DNA of 64,000 nt from an uncultured Methanosarcinaceae archaeon (lineage in GTDB: Archaea; Halobacteriota; Methanosarcinia; Methanosarcinales; Methanosarcinaceae), in contig CAWHXP010000003.1 of assembly GCA_963833425.1 (NCBI GenBank), positions 64,001 through 128,000 on the forward strand, given 5' to 3'. The notes beneath the pieces were generated by a model, which saw nothing but the letters and a program-made list of their open reading frames with translations, searched no databases and was not told the DNA's origin. A program made the position numbers and the translations under genes. Shown one piece after another: positions 23,016 to 34,806 of the stretch. Each line of letters starts with the position of its first letter. Positions within the stretch are counted from its first letter, which is position 1.

Positions 23016-24581
23016 ACTAAGCTAATTAAATAAAGTAGAAGAAGTCTAATTTTGGAATTTGCGCATATAATCGACCAATATTATATCTTCGTCATCATAT
23101 AAGCTTGCGTAATTTTACTGTGAATATTGCAGTAGGACATAAGACAACCCGAAGTCAGAACAACATAACTTTAATCCTAATTAGTTTCAGTTAGAGATAT
23201 ATGTGCACAAAAGTATATAATAAATTAGATTTAGTAATATTTTATAATTTTTCAAATATCTTTATATCGACATCCGATCGGACTAGGCATTTCCACCAGC
23301 AGACCAAAATATAAATTTTTGGAGATATAAGATCAGCTTGATAACTTAAATTAATAAAAAAACTAAGTAATTGATGGCTTTCGAAGATGTCGTGGTTGTT
23401 ATTTGCATGCTTGATGACAAAATTAAGACGAAGCGAACAGTACATTTTGTAGTTAAACTCATTATTGGCAGTTTATTTTTGGGCATCTTGATAGGCCTAT
23501 TTATTTTTTTTCACTTAGTGAACTGGACTTAATATAATACAGTGTAATTAAATAAGTTCAAAGCAATGATAAAATGAAAATCAGCCCACATAAATTTGCT
23601 TAATTAATCGTAGTGAAGGCAAGATTGAGATTCCTTTGGAGAGCTGAATAATTGGCTTCTCCAGAAATATAAATTTTCAATTCACGAACGCCTTAAGATT
23701 TGAAATTTCACAGAAAAATTGAAATACTACCAATCTGCTCAAATAAGTTAAATCACGATCATAAACAGAAAAAACCTAAAAAGTTGTCATCATTGTTTAT
23801 AAGATTAAATACGTAAGTTTTATAATATTTAGATATATCTATGAATATATAGAATATATACAATAAATATATATTAAATCACATTTATTTGATATATCAT
23901 GATACATAATGCACTACGACATAAATCCTGGAAAAAAAAATGTTTAGTGTAGTTATGTATCTGAAAATAACAGATTATCAAGGAGTTTATGATAAATAAC
24001 CCATACGCTGCAGATATCCCTAACTTGCAGATTGCAATGATGTTTTGAAAAAAAATGTCGTTTAAAAACCTTGTCAGCAGTTCTAAAACCTTTGGGTTAT
24101 CTGGGCATCATCATAAAAATAAAATGAGATTTCTCATATCGCTGATGGACCATAGTCAATCTCCTTACCAACTAATTCTTTTTGAGCATTGTAGAAATAT
24201 ACTATATCTTCAGTGCTAATCAAGACAAATGAGTACTTATCGCAATTTATGTGTCTGTGGTGCACTGGGTGTTGTAGACAAATTACAACTTTTACAACAG
24301 CTATTATTGATGTTTGGGTTAGGCTCTAAATAAAAAATGAACGATCTTAAGGCTCTATACGGCCTTTTATTGAGTTGAATAGGGGATCCTAACAAAGGAA
24401 CAACCAAAAAACCCATTTTAGGGGCTGAGATCAAGTCATTTATTGATTGACTGGGAAACGCACTCGTTTGTTATAATTCATGAATAGGACTGCATGATTA
24501 GTAGACTAATTAGTTTAAGTTAGTGCTATTTAGGGTATATCCAAAAGATATATAATAAATTAAATCTAATTATAATTTATA

Positions 24582-24686
24582 GGTATTCCCGTACCTTGCA
24601 GTAGACTTTCCGGCTGGCTGCAGGTATCTTGTCACCTGCAGCTTACAAGATCAACTTTTAGACATACAAGATCAACCGGATCACAT
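24582..24686 (+). ncRNA. Putative structured small RNA, copy 3 of 3
   Basis: CAAAAG ATATATAA (TATA at 24548); GGTA-TTCCCG-TACC; GCTGCAGG-loop-CCTGCAGC; ACAAGATCAAC twice. Confidence 0.6.
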
Positions 24687-26090
24687 TAATTAATAATAAG
24701 AAAAAAATTAGTCTCAAGCAAGACCAGTAATATGTTAAACGGCCTAAAGCTATGATTTAATGATGTAAAAATAAATTAAATTTAAAAAGACAATGAATAT
24801 TCTGTTAGTAGTCTGAGTTGAGCTTCATTGTCAGTTACATAAGTTAGTGATATCCATAGCAATAATAAAAGTAGCGCCAATAACAAGTTAAGCAGGTATT
24901 AGTACAAAATATGGCTCCAGCATCTATATTTAACTATACTATCTCAAATCCGCTTTCCAATTTCTGGCAAATCAACCAGGTTCCAAAGAGCAATTAATTA
25001 ATTGATACATAACTGGCATCAAAATGTACTAAATGCACTTGTGTACTTTATTAATACTTTTTTGGTATTTTCTAGCCTCAATCGATCTTTGATTCAGTTG
25101 ATTCATATTCCTAGTTTTGTTTAGAGTATTATATAATTATCTTTTTATGTGTTTATTTATGATCGTGATTTAGGTTAATTAATTCACGGTTCCATGAGTT
25201 CCATATCGCTACTAGTCCCAAAAACTCCATGATCGTAGATCATCAATATTTCCTTACACACACCACCATAGTCATGGTCAGGTTGGTATGATGGATGTAA
25301 TTAGCCAATCATGAAATTGATATCGATCTGGCGGCTCTTCTTGGCATCGTTGAAATTTACTTTATTTTGCTTCTAAGAAGCATTATCAAAATTTTTAAAG
25401 TTTCTATTTAAATTTATAAACTTGTCATAGAATGTTTATCTAATAGTTTTTTTATTAATTTTAAAGCTTCTATTAATTACAGGTATACACTAATTAAAAC
25501 ATCGTATTTGTGCCAACTTGTAGGCAATAATTCTGAATAAGTCTGTATGAGTTTACCCCATGTTCAACATTCGGCTATCCGTATATCTAAATTTGAAAAT
25601 CTACCACATAGTCACATGGTAAAAGCCTTTCAATAAAAAACGATAATCAACTTATATTATATAAACATTATTATCTAAATAGTTAAGAAATTCATATTTT
25701 ACTCATTTAAATTATTTTTTTACCTATTTCTATTTTAAAAACATGAGCATTATCTAAAGTTAAATAAAAAAACCCACCAATATTTGATCGAGAAAAAATT
25801 GAGTGTTAAACTATGATTAAGGGATATACAAAACCAAAAGTGCAACCAAAAAAATAAGAAAATAAATTTGTGGATGCCCATGAAAAATTTTCAATTTAGA
25901 CTAAAAATAATAAAATTTTAGAGCAGTTATCATAATACAAACTAAATTGATCAAATAATATACTTACTTAAAACTATTGCAAGTAAGCTGCAAACGAAAT
26001 AGATAGTCATCAGGAGCCATACCAAATTTGTATACTATAGACTTAAAAAGTACAGAAATGTGGCGAGATAATACGCCAACATTTATACAT

Positions 26091-26411
26091 TTACCCGAAC
26101 AATGCACCTAGGCCGGCCATTCCATCCTCTTCAGCATGATCCTCCTCTTCTTCTTCCTCAACAGGAGCTGCAGCTGTTACAGTTGTTGCGGCCGCAGGGG
26201 CTGCAACTGCGGGAGATACGGCAGTAGGAGCTGCAAATGCAGCCTTTGAAATTGCTTCTTCGATATTTACGCCTTCAAGGGCTGCGACAAGAGCCTTAGC
26301 CCTAGCCTCGTTTACTTCGATGCCCGCAGCCTTGAGAACTGCAGTGATTGCTTCTTCAGTAATTGCTTTACCAGCATTATGCAATAAGAGAGATGCATAT
26401 ATATATTCCAT
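26091..26411 (-). CDS. rpl12: 50S ribosomal protein L12 (P1/P2)
   Basis: [11 protein letters not shown]...[16 protein letters not shown]...GLGALFG. Confidence 0.97.
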   Translation of the reverse strand: MEYIYASLLLHNAGKAITEEAITAVLKAAGIEVNEARAKALVAALEGVNIEEAISKAAFAAPTAVSPAVAAPAAATTVTAAAPVEEEEEEDHAEEDGMAGLGALFG

Positions 26412-26447
26412 TGTTTTATCACCTAATTTCAATTAACACAAATTTGT

Positions 26448-27482
26448 TCATCCAAAAAGAGCACCGAGACCAGCCATTCCATCTTCTTCGGCATGGTCCT
26501 CCTCTACCTCTTCTGGTTCTTCTTTTTGTACTTCTTCCTTCTTAACAGGTACTGTGGCTGCTATCGCACTTGGTACAGCCTCGAGAACCTTTTTAAGGTC
26601 GTAGTCTACCGCATCTGAACCGCATTCTGCGGCTTTAGATGCGACGGAGATCATCTGTATATAGGCCCTTGATAGAAGGGAATCCATGATTCCTGAATCA
26701 AAAACAACAGCATTTACACCAAGGTTTTTTGCTTCTGTAGAGGCCTTTGCCAGCAGAGTGCCGATTGTTGCACTTGTAGGGTACGCAATGTTAACAGATA
26801 AATTGAAAGCGTTCTGATTTGCCTTGATAATATCAGAAAAGTATTGGTTTTCATCAATTGTAAGGAGTTCAGGCTCATAAATCATTTTTTCATCATAAGC
26901 TGCTCTTAGGTCCAACCCTATGATTAGAGGGTATATATCCAACTTTGAGAGCATAGTTGCGAGTTTTTGTGGGACTCCCTCACCGGCTTTACAGACAACC
27001 TTTGTTTCCTTTATCGCAACTTTTCCGGCTTCAATTGAAGCTGGAATCCCTGCACTCTGAAGTTCACCCAAAATAGGGCCAGGAGGGAAATTAGTAGGCC
27101 CTTTTTGAACGGTAATATCCATCGGAGAAATTGCGCCTCCTCTAATAGGTGACGGGGTCTTTGTACGCTCGAGCACTTTTTGAAGCTTGAAAGGACTTTC
27201 GTTAGTAAACACCAGAGCGGTCTGTTTGTCAAGGTATTTATTCATCCCTAGAATGCTTCCCCCAAGTTGATTTAAAGCCAGCTCTGTGAGAGTGTTCCTG
27301 GATACCTTAACCACCGCAACGTCTTTGAGGTCCCGACGAATCTTCTGGATCTTGACCGCAAGAATCCCTTCGATTCCTACCATTCCAAAGACCTTATGAG
27401 AGAGTATGAGTTTCTTTATTTTTTCAATTTCTTCTTTCTTCCACTTTGGGATATGCTCAGTGTGATGCTGTTCTTCCGCCAT
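26448..27482 (-). CDS. rpl10: 50S ribosomal protein L10 (P0)
   Basis: IPKWKKEE...GPTNFPPGPILGELQ...GLGALFG. Confidence 0.97.
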   Translation of the reverse strand: MAEEQHHTEHIPKWKKEEIEKIKKLILSHKVFGMVGIEGILAVKIQKIRRDLKDVAVVKVSRNTLTELALNQLGGSILGMNKYLDKQTALVFTNESPFKLQKVLERTKTPSPIRGGAISPMDITVQKGPTNFPPGPILGELQSAGIPASIEAGKVAIKETKVVCKAGEGVPQKLATMLSKLDIYPLIIGLDLRAAYDEKMIYEPELLTIDENQYFSDIIKANQNAFNLSVNIAYPTSATIGTLLAKASTEAKNLGVNAVVFDSGIMDSLLSRAYIQMISVASKAAECGSDAVDYDLKKVLEAVPSAIAATVPVKKEEVQKEEPEEVEEDHAEEDGMAGLGALFG

Positions 27483-28124
27483 TTACATCACCTTCTCTGA
27501 TTTACCCATGGTTGTCGTGACATAGATCGACCTAAGGTTGTGCTTGCCCTTATCCAGAATACGTTCCAACCTAGCTATAACAGTCTCAATGTTCTCGGCA
27601 AGGTCTTCAGGATTCATATCCCTCATTCCAACAGCCACATGGAAAGTAAGCCTGTCTTTTGACCTAAGCTTGACAGCATTCTTTTTACTTTGAATCAGTT
27701 CACCTACATCCTTGTTAGGTAATAACGGAATAGGCATTTTTCCTCTGGGCCCGAAAACAATACCAAGGTTCTTACCAATTGTCGGCATGAACTGAGTTTC
27801 TGCGATAAAAAGGTCACATTCATTTGCGAGAGTCCGGGCTCTATTCTTGTCAGCTGCCAGTTCTTCGAGTTCAACTTCAGAAATAACATACGCAGCACCG
27901 GCAGCTTTTGCCTTCAAGCCGACGTCACCTTTTGCAAAAACACCGATCTTCAGTTCTTTTCCGAGCCCATGTGGAAGAATTACTTCTTCATCGACTCTAT
28001 TCTTCGGTTGATTCATATCAAGATTTTTTAAGTTAATCGCCAGGTCCACACTTTCAGAGAAATTGCGTTTTGGAGATATCTCAAGTAATTTCTTGACAAC
28101 TTCCAGTATAATTTGTTCTGCCAT
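27483..28124 (-). CDS. rpl1: 50S ribosomal protein L1
   Basis: RNFSESVDLAINLK...GPRGKMP...TTTMG. Confidence 0.97.
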   Translation of the reverse strand: MAEQIILEVVKKLLEISPKRNFSESVDLAINLKNLDMNQPKNRVDEEVILPHGLGKELKIGVFAKGDVGLKAKAAGAAYVISEVELEELAADKNRARTLANECDLFIAETQFMPTIGKNLGIVFGPRGKMPIPLLPNKDVGELIQSKKNAVKLRSKDRLTFHVAVGMRDMNPEDLAENIETVIARLERILDKGKHNLRSIYVTTTMGKSEKVM

Positions 28125-28135
28125 TTCGTTCCTCC

Positions 28136-28185
28136 CTGTAGTATTTGAACTCGCGTGTCCAAGCAGCCTTAGAGGCTTACTACAG
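28136..28185 (-). promoter_or_regulatory. Structured leader upstream of rpl1 (probable ribosomal-protein autoregulatory site)
   Basis: Outer stem CTGTAGTA/TACTACAG, inner hairpin AGCCT-loop-AGGCT and an AAATAC motif, abutting the GGAGG SD. Confidence 0.65.
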
Positions 28186-28365
28186 TTGGTTTTAGGGTTT
28201 CTAGTGAATCAGGATTCTGTCATTCTTGAAACATTAAACCAATAATAAATTTTTATAATTTGTTTCAGTAAAACCGTATTCAGAGTTCTTGAGCTATTAG
28301 TGGTATTCGATTTAAAACTATTGGTGTGTTAGACTACGGACCAAAATTTAAATGGTCTAAAAGGC

Positions 28366-28851
28366 TTACCATCCCTCATCGGCAAGTAAATCATCGAATT
28401 TGCCATTCTCGAGCGCCTTCTGGCAGTCCTTGGCCTTGACCCCTTCTACAGTCACACCCATCGGGACACAGGTCCCCATTACCTCTTTCATCGTTGATTT
28501 AAGATCATAAGAAAGCACATCTTCCTTTTTCATACGGGCAATTTTTATGACCTGGGGTATACTAATATTGCCAACAATTTCGCTTCCTGCATTTCCTGAC
28601 CCTTTCTGAATTCCTAACTCTTTCATGATTAAGGATGCAGTGGGGGGTATGCCTACTTCGATTTCGACATTTTTCTTGTCATCAACAATTACTTTTACAG
28701 GAACCTGCATTCCAATATAATCTCTGGTTTTTTCATTAATCTTTTCGACCACTTCTTTTATATTAACCCCGAGTGGACCAAGAGAAGGACCTAAAGGTGG
28801 CCCTGGATTCGCTTTTCCTCCTGGGACGAGTGCTTCAACGATACTTGTCAT
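28366..28851 (-). CDS. rpl11: 50S ribosomal protein L11
   Basis: GGKANPGPPLGPSLGPLGVN. Confidence 0.97.
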   Translation of the reverse strand: MTSIVEALVPGGKANPGPPLGPSLGPLGVNIKEVVEKINEKTRDYIGMQVPVKVIVDDKKNVEIEVGIPPTASLIMKELGIQKGSGNAGSEIVGNISIPQVIKIARMKKEDVLSYDLKSTMKEVMGTCVPMGVTVEGVKAKDCQKALENGKFDDLLADEGW

Positions 28852-29179
28852 ATGAGTTTCACCGATTTCACTAAGTATAAAATTTGAACATCTTTTTCAA
28901 AGCGTGTTCTGAATTTGATGAAATCACAAATGTCATAATTAATAAATGAGCTTTATGTATTTGTTTTCTTCATACAATTCATAGTTACGCATTATGTTCT
29001 TTTCCTTTGACAGTTGTTATTTCTTAGACTTATTCAGTGCCTTAAGAACCATTTTTAGTAAGAACAGCTATATTAATTAGTAACATCTGCCAAATTAAGG
29101 GATTACTTGTAATTTTATTTACTGATAAGCTGAAGTTTTTCTTTATAATTTTTCGTTCTTTTTCCACTAGATACCTAGC

Positions 29180-29638
29180 TCACTCATTTTCTCTTTTGAG
29201 CACCCTTACAGTATCGCCGCGAATAGTGATAGGAATCGGGACAACAGCATCAAACAGCTCTACAGTAATTTCCTCATGGCCTTCATCAACTCTTTTAACT
29301 CTAGCTTTCTCCCCCTTAAAAGGTCCTGAGGTAACCTCAATAATAGCTCCCTCCTTGATACCAGTTACGGTTGGTTTAGGCTTAAGGAAATGTACAATTT
29401 CAGCAACTGTAGAACTCCCTTTCACAATAGCCCTTGCATGGGGAATAGTCTGAATTGCTAGTTCCACGATTCCAGATATAGGAGCCTCGACAAGTACATA
29501 TCCTTTTAGCTCGTCGGGAGCCAGAATTGCCCTGATATCCAGTTTCTCCTTCTTTGAAATTTTGGCAAGGGCTGTTGCAACCGATCTTTCCTGGTTTGCT
29601 GTGGTTTTAATTACAAATATCTGGGAATCTTCATTCAT
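29180..29638 (-). CDS. spt5: Transcription elongation factor Spt5 (NusG)
   Basis: KTTANQE...LKGYVLVE...[10 protein letters not shown] (KOW); ATG overlaps the secE stop (TAATG). Confidence 0.95.
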   Translation of the reverse strand: MNEDSQIFVIKTTANQERSVATALAKISKKEKLDIRAILAPDELKGYVLVEAPISGIVELAIQTIPHARAIVKGSSTVAEIVHFLKPKPTVTGIKEGAIIEVTSGPFKGEKARVKRVDEGHEEITVELFDAVVPIPITIRGDTVRVLKRENE

Positions 29639-29871
29639 TAGGCCACCCACTTGGGCAACACCGTCAACAATACATATATAACAAATCCTATTGCTCCCAC
29701 AGCCAGAATACCAATACCTGCAACTTTGGCAATGGTCAAGAACTCTTCCCTGGACGGTTTTTTTGTAAGTTTCAGTACTCTAATGTGTGCCCGGATAATC
29801 TGACCAATACTTTCTGCAGTCTGAACAATACTTTCTGCAGTTATATTCAATTTAAACGGAGATTCTACCAA
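29638..29871 (-). CDS. secE: Protein translocase SecE / Sec61-gamma
   Basis: [22 protein letters not shown] plus TM helix. Confidence 0.95.
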   Translation of the reverse strand: MVESPFKLNITAESIVQTAESIGQIIRAHIRVLKLTKKPSREEFLTIAKVAGIGILAVGAIGFVIYVLLTVLPKWVA

Positions 29872-30380
29872 TCAATTCACATCCAGGTATATTAGATTAT
29901 TTGATCTCGAATTTTTTGCTCATAGTTATACCTATATGTTTACCGAATTCACTTTTATGCTCGATATTTATCATGTTATCTTTTAGGAGGTACCGAACGG
30001 ATTATATTACTGATTCCTATTATATGAAGATATCACTTATATTGATTAACATGAATCAGGACTATAAATTTCGGATTATTTTTTTCAAATACTTTAAACT
30101 GTTTCAGTATAAATTTTTTGTATTCAATACCAAATTTCATAGGCAAAAAAAGCATTTGCCATAAAAATAGTTTTCGATTGGATCGAGATTCCTAATCCCT
30201 ACGTTTAGACTTTTTATAATTTCCCGAGTTTTGAATGGATTGCATTCAATTTTTAGTGTAACTAATAACAACTTCTGAATATTCCAGAAAATATTAAAAA
30301 GTCTATTTTTCTTACTCTAATAAAGGAAAACAGCATTTTTTCCCAATCGAATATTTTAATTTCATTTATCTTTGATATAA

Positions 30381-31505
30381 TCACTCTACAAAATCAATTC
30401 CATATCTAAATGTAATATTTTTGTCACTTCCATGACCATAAATCTGAGCAGATGTTACTCCTGTGACTACGATCATAGTGCGGACGGTCTGTTCTAGATC
30501 AGGATCAATCTGGGCACCCCAGATCAGTCGAGCATTGCTGTCTATCCGGCTGTAAACTTCCTGAACAACACTTTCAGCTTCCGAAATTGTCATGTCAGGC
30601 CCTCCTACAACATTAACAAGAGCAGAGGTAGCGCCAGAGATATCTACATCAAGGAGCGGACTGCGCAGAGCTTTTTGTACGGATTCAACAGCTTTATTAT
30701 CACCTTCTGCTTCTCCGAGACCTATCATTGCAACACCTCCATTTTGCATAACAGTTCTAATATCTGCAAAATCAAGGTTTACGAGTCCAGGTTTCGTTAT
30801 TAATTCGGTTATGCCTTTCACAGCTCTCATAAGAACTTCATCCGAGACTTTGAAAGCAGCCTGAAGCGGAAGTCTTGGAACTACTTCAATTAGCTTATCA
30901 TTAGGGACCACTATAACTGTGTCTGCAACATCTCTCAAACGTTCCAGGCCAGCTTCTGCATTGGTCCTTCGAACATGACCTTCCACACTGAATGGAAGGG
31001 TTACTACTGCGATCGTAAGGGCTCCAGCATCTCTGGCAGCTTCAGCTACTACCGGTGCAGATCCAGTCCCGGTTCCTCCCCCGAGACCTGCAGTGATGAA
31101 AACCATATCAGCACCGTCAAAAAGCTTGTTAATTTCATCGATACTCTCTATTGCAGCATCCTCTCCTATCTGGGGAAGGCTTCCGGCTCCAAGTCCACGG
31201 GTTTTCTTTCTTCCGATAAGAATTTTTTTCCCGGAACGTATATGAAGGAGATGCTGAGCATCAGTATTTATGGCGATGAGATCTGCTCCCTGGATTCCTT
31301 CGCCCATCATACGCTGGATACTGTTCGAGCCGCCTCCTCCGCAACCTACCACTTTAATGGTTGTTTTAAGACTTCTAAGAATCTCCTCAAGTTCAGCATC
31401 GGTATCTGAGTCTGAATTAGAGTAATCTGAGTTTAAATACTCTCCCTGCCGGGCGCGTCCTTCCAGGGCAGATCGAGCAAGAGCTTCTTCCACAATGGAT
31501 TTCAT
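30381..31505 (-). CDS. ftsZ: Cell division protein FtsZ (FtsZ1)
   Basis: [23 protein letters not shown]. Confidence 0.98.
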   Translation of the reverse strand: MKSIVEEALARSALEGRARQGEYLNSDYSNSDSDTDAELEEILRSLKTTIKVVGCGGGGSNSIQRMMGEGIQGADLIAINTDAQHLLHIRSGKKILIGRKKTRGLGAGSLPQIGEDAAIESIDEINKLFDGADMVFITAGLGGGTGTGSAPVVAEAARDAGALTIAVVTLPFSVEGHVRRTNAEAGLERLRDVADTVIVVPNDKLIEVVPRLPLQAAFKVSDEVLMRAVKGITELITKPGLVNLDFADIRTVMQNGGVAMIGLGEAEGDNKAVESVQKALRSPLLDVDISGATSALVNVVGGPDMTISEAESVVQEVYSRIDSNARLIWGAQIDPDLEQTVRTMIVVTGVTSAQIYGHGSDKNITFRYGIDFVE

Positions 31506-32140
31506 GCTACTGTTTTCCTCCATCATAAGGTGTAATATTAAACGAATAGTATGGAAAGAACAACTTCATTCAATATATTTAGAGAATTATAATAAACCTC
31601 AGAAGATCTCTATAACCCCCCAATTTTAACAAATTGCTTATATAGACTTTATAAACAACTAGCCAAAAATTGTGGTATATCGAAATCGCTCTGATTCTCA
31701 CGAGTCATTTGTGCACATTTATAGACATATGACTAAATTAATGAGTTTATCTAAATTCTCTTCATTTTTATCCATCACATATACGGTTTCCAATTTAATA
31801 GTTTTCCTTTGTCAAGTTTAACTTCATAATATTTTGCTTAATCATTTATTAACATTCCCTATTTTTCTGCTTGACATAAGATTTTTGCTCTTTACAGTTC
31901 CTAAGATTCGCTTTTCTTCTTTGTCCCCAATATTCTTTAATTTATCACTTAAAATTTTCATTTTTTATTTTTTTGTATTTCTGAAGCCGTTCCTGTATTT
32001 TTACTTTTCCTTTTTTTCGAAATTAATCTCATCTTCACTTCCCCAGTCAACACCCCCAGTTTAATATTCATATTTCAATATAATTCAGATTCCCATTTCA
32101 ATATCATTCTCATATCTTTCCGGAAGAATTGTATCGACAA

Positions 32141-32731
32141 TTAAGCTTTTCCTCTGGATTCACCAAAAATAATGCCCGTTGCAATTAGATGGGCAACTCT
32201 CAAAGGCTCAGGAATATTACCTCTTATCGAAGTAAGCCGGATTATCTTACCCACATTTTGCAAACTTACGCCTATTTTTTGAATGTATATGGACGATCTT
32301 TCTTTCTCACCAGCTATTTTATATATCTCCCCAGCTTTTTCTATTATTTTCCAGCGCTTTTCACCATCTGGAAAATGTTTGAGGGCAGATTTGAGTTTTT
32401 CAAAATTCGGATATGACCTCATGAACACAATTAAAGGGATTTGGGTTTCCCTGTAAAGCTTCTCTATATCAATAACATTAAAACCTGCATATGTGATTCC
32501 ATCGAGCATAATCACTCTTATTTGGCTATAATGTTTACTATTCCGTATCATCCTACATATTACGGCTGTAGCATCAAGTCCATCCTTGGTAATATCCGAA
32601 CGAAGGATTCCATCCATCCAGTCCCCGCCCCGATAAAAAGTCCCAACAACCATCACTTTTTCATTTAGAAGAGCAGAGTCATCTATACCCAAAATTCGGA
32701 TCTCGCGTTTAATATGAAAATCTGAATTCAC
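32141..32731 (-). CDS. DUF99 / UPF0215 family protein (endonuclease V-like fold)
   Basis: RILGIDDS...DGLDAT...MLDGITYAGFNVID...PEPLRVAHLIA. Confidence 0.9.
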   Translation of the reverse strand: MNSDFHIKREIRILGIDDSALLNEKVMVVGTFYRGGDWMDGILRSDITKDGLDATAVICRMIRNSKHYSQIRVIMLDGITYAGFNVIDIEKLYRETQIPLIVFMRSYPNFEKLKSALKHFPDGEKRWKIIEKAGEIYKIAGEKERSSIYIQKIGVSLQNVGKIIRLTSIRGNIPEPLRVAHLIATGIIFGESRGKA

Positions 32732-32964
32732 AAGTGTTCTTTACACAGAGATTACAAAAATAGTTTGTCAATTTTTTAGTGAGTCGTTGTTTTTGATGGA
32801 TCATAACGCATTAAACCATAGAGTATATCGATAGACCTCTAAATTTCATCCTATGTTATAAACTAGATATAATTGACTCGTGCAAATCAGAGGTTTATCA
32901 AAATTCTCCATAATTATGTATTGGGAAGAAGATCCTCGAGGAACTTCTACAGCTTGTTTCCCTC

Positions 32965-34290
32965 TCACACAAACATAGTTTCAGGGAGATTTCCAGTCGG
33001 CATCATTTTTTGCGTATCCGCAGCTATAGATACCTTGCCTACTGCATCAAGAAAATCTATCATCTCAACAAATTCCTTGTCTTTCCTAACTGCAAACATA
33101 CCTGCTTCAGTGGCAATTGCTTTGAGGTCTGCCCCACTCATCCCTTCTGTAATTTTTGCAAGCTTCTTAAAATCTATATCTTCTGCAAGTGTCATTCTTT
33201 CACAGTGAATCTCAAGAATTTTTCCTCTGGCGTCTATACCTGGCATAGGAATATGGACAAGCCTATCAAAACGACCTGGCCTTAGAATTGCTGGGTCAAG
33301 GACATCTGGGCGGTTTGTTGCTGCAATGATGCGGATATTTTTCCTTTTGTCAAACCCGTCCATCTCTGCAAGAAGCTGCATGAGTGTTCTCTGAACCTCA
33401 CGGTCTGCACCCGTAGTTTCATTTAAACGCCTTGCTGCAATTGAATCTAGCTCATCTATGAAGATAATACTTGGAGCTTTTTTACGAGCCATCTCGAAGA
33501 TTTCTCTCACAAGTTTAGAACCATCACCAATGTATTTCTGTACGAGTTCGGAGCCTACAACCCTAATAAAAGTTGCATTCGTCCTGTGAGCTACAGCTTT
33601 TGCAAGCAAAGTTTTGCCTGTCCCCGGAAGCCCGTACAAAAGAACTCCCTTCGGAGGTTCTATTCCTATGCGAACAAAGCGTTCCGGTTCGATTAGAGGA
33701 AGTTCAACTGCTTCCTGAAGTTCCTGTATTTGCTCATCGAGACCCCCTATTTGTTCATAGTCCACCTCTACACTCTCGAGGACTTCCATTGCAGCAACAA
33801 AAGGCTCTTCAGAGGAAGGGATAACCTCGGCAATAGCAAGTGTATGCTGATTTAAAGCAACCTTTGCCCCTGGTAACAGTTTTTTCTCATCGATATATTG
33901 TGAGACATTAACCAGAAACTGAGGTCCATTACTGCTACGTACAATTATTCTATCGTTTTTAATCACATCAATGACCGTACCGATGATAAGTGGAGAGGTC
34001 TTCATCCGATCGAGCTCAGATTGCAGCTTTCGTATTTCTCTCTCAGATTTGATCTTTTGATTTTCCAAATAACGTTTCTCGGACTCTATCTGGCTGCATT
34101 GCTCTTCCAGAAAACTGTTGCGGCTTTCAAGTTGCCTCAATCTATCCTGGGCGCTTTCAGCTACATCCCCCCGCTCTCCAGGCACAATTCCATCATACTC
34201 TGATCCGGACTTAACAAGGTGACTGCGCATACTTCCATCCTTACTCTTGATACTTTCCGTCATGGAGCTCCGAATAATATTTAAGTTCAT
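32965..34290 (-). CDS. pan: Proteasome-activating nucleotidase
   Basis: Coiled coil and OB domain, [36 protein letters not shown]; start may be a later ATG. Confidence 0.97.
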   Translation of the reverse strand: MNLNIIRSSMTESIKSKDGSMRSHLVKSGSEYDGIVPGERGDVAESAQDRLRQLESRNSFLEEQCSQIESEKRYLENQKIKSEREIRKLQSELDRMKTSPLIIGTVIDVIKNDRIIVRSSNGPQFLVNVSQYIDEKKLLPGAKVALNQHTLAIAEVIPSSEEPFVAAMEVLESVEVDYEQIGGLDEQIQELQEAVELPLIEPERFVRIGIEPPKGVLLYGLPGTGKTLLAKAVAHRTNATFIRVVGSELVQKYIGDGSKLVREIFEMARKKAPSIIFIDELDSIAARRLNETTGADREVQRTLMQLLAEMDGFDKRKNIRIIAATNRPDVLDPAILRPGRFDRLVHIPMPGIDARGKILEIHCERMTLAEDIDFKKLAKITEGMSGADLKAIATEAGMFAVRKDKEFVEMIDFLDAVGKVSIAADTQKMMPTGNLPETMFV

Positions 34291-34320
34291 ACCGTATATA
34301 GCGTTTTCGAAGTGATCAAA

Positions 34321-34806
34321 ATGCAGTGCGAAATATGCGGTGCAGAGATCCGCGAGAAGCCATTATGTATTACAATTGATAACAGCGAACTCCAAGTCTG
34401 CCAAAAATGTGCTCCGTACGGTAAACCTGTAGATAAACGAACTCCAGTATCAAGGAAAGTATCTCCGATAGTTCGTACAGTAACAAGAACTGAAAAGAGG
34501 CAAAATAAGGACTTTTTCGATATTTTGAAAGACGAGCTCCTGGAGAACTATGTTCAGATCATCCGGGATGCCAGAGAAGCTAAAGGCTGGTCTCAGGAAG
34601 ACATGGCCGAAAATTTAAAGGAAAAAGTATCCCTGATCAAGAAGATAGAACGCAGTGATATCATACCTGAAGATTCAATTATAAAGAAGCTGGAACACGC
34701 TCTAAACATTAAAATTACCGAACGTGTAGATGCAACTGGGCAGGAAGTCGCCCACGTAAAGAAAGATACTACTCTGGGGGACATTGTAACAATAAAGAAG
34801 AAGTAA
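34321..34806 (+). CDS. Multiprotein bridging factor aMBF1
   Basis: MQCEICG...VCQKC Zn ribbon, HTH, TTLGDIV; divergent from pan. Confidence 0.93.
   Translation: MQCEICGAEIREKPLCITIDNSELQVCQKCAPYGKPVDKRTPVSRKVSPIVRTVTRTEKRQNKDFFDILKDELLENYVQIIRDAREAKGWSQEDMAENLKEKVSLIKKIERSDIIPEDSIIKKLEHALNIKITERVDATGQEVAHVKKDTTLGDIVTIKKK

Noticed and set aside
22223..24676. CRISPR or mini-array interpretation of the ACAAGATCAAC repeats
   Set aside because: Repeats are only 11 nt, two per unit, with a conserved ~10-nt spacer, and there are no cas genes in the window.
24579..24689. 36-codon open frame across RNA-like copy 3
   Set aside because: No ATG/GTG/TTG start, and the frame is broken by indels and a stop in copy 1.
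26091..26500. Identical C-terminal tails of L10 and L12
   Set aside because: Known feature of archaeal stalk proteins, not novel.
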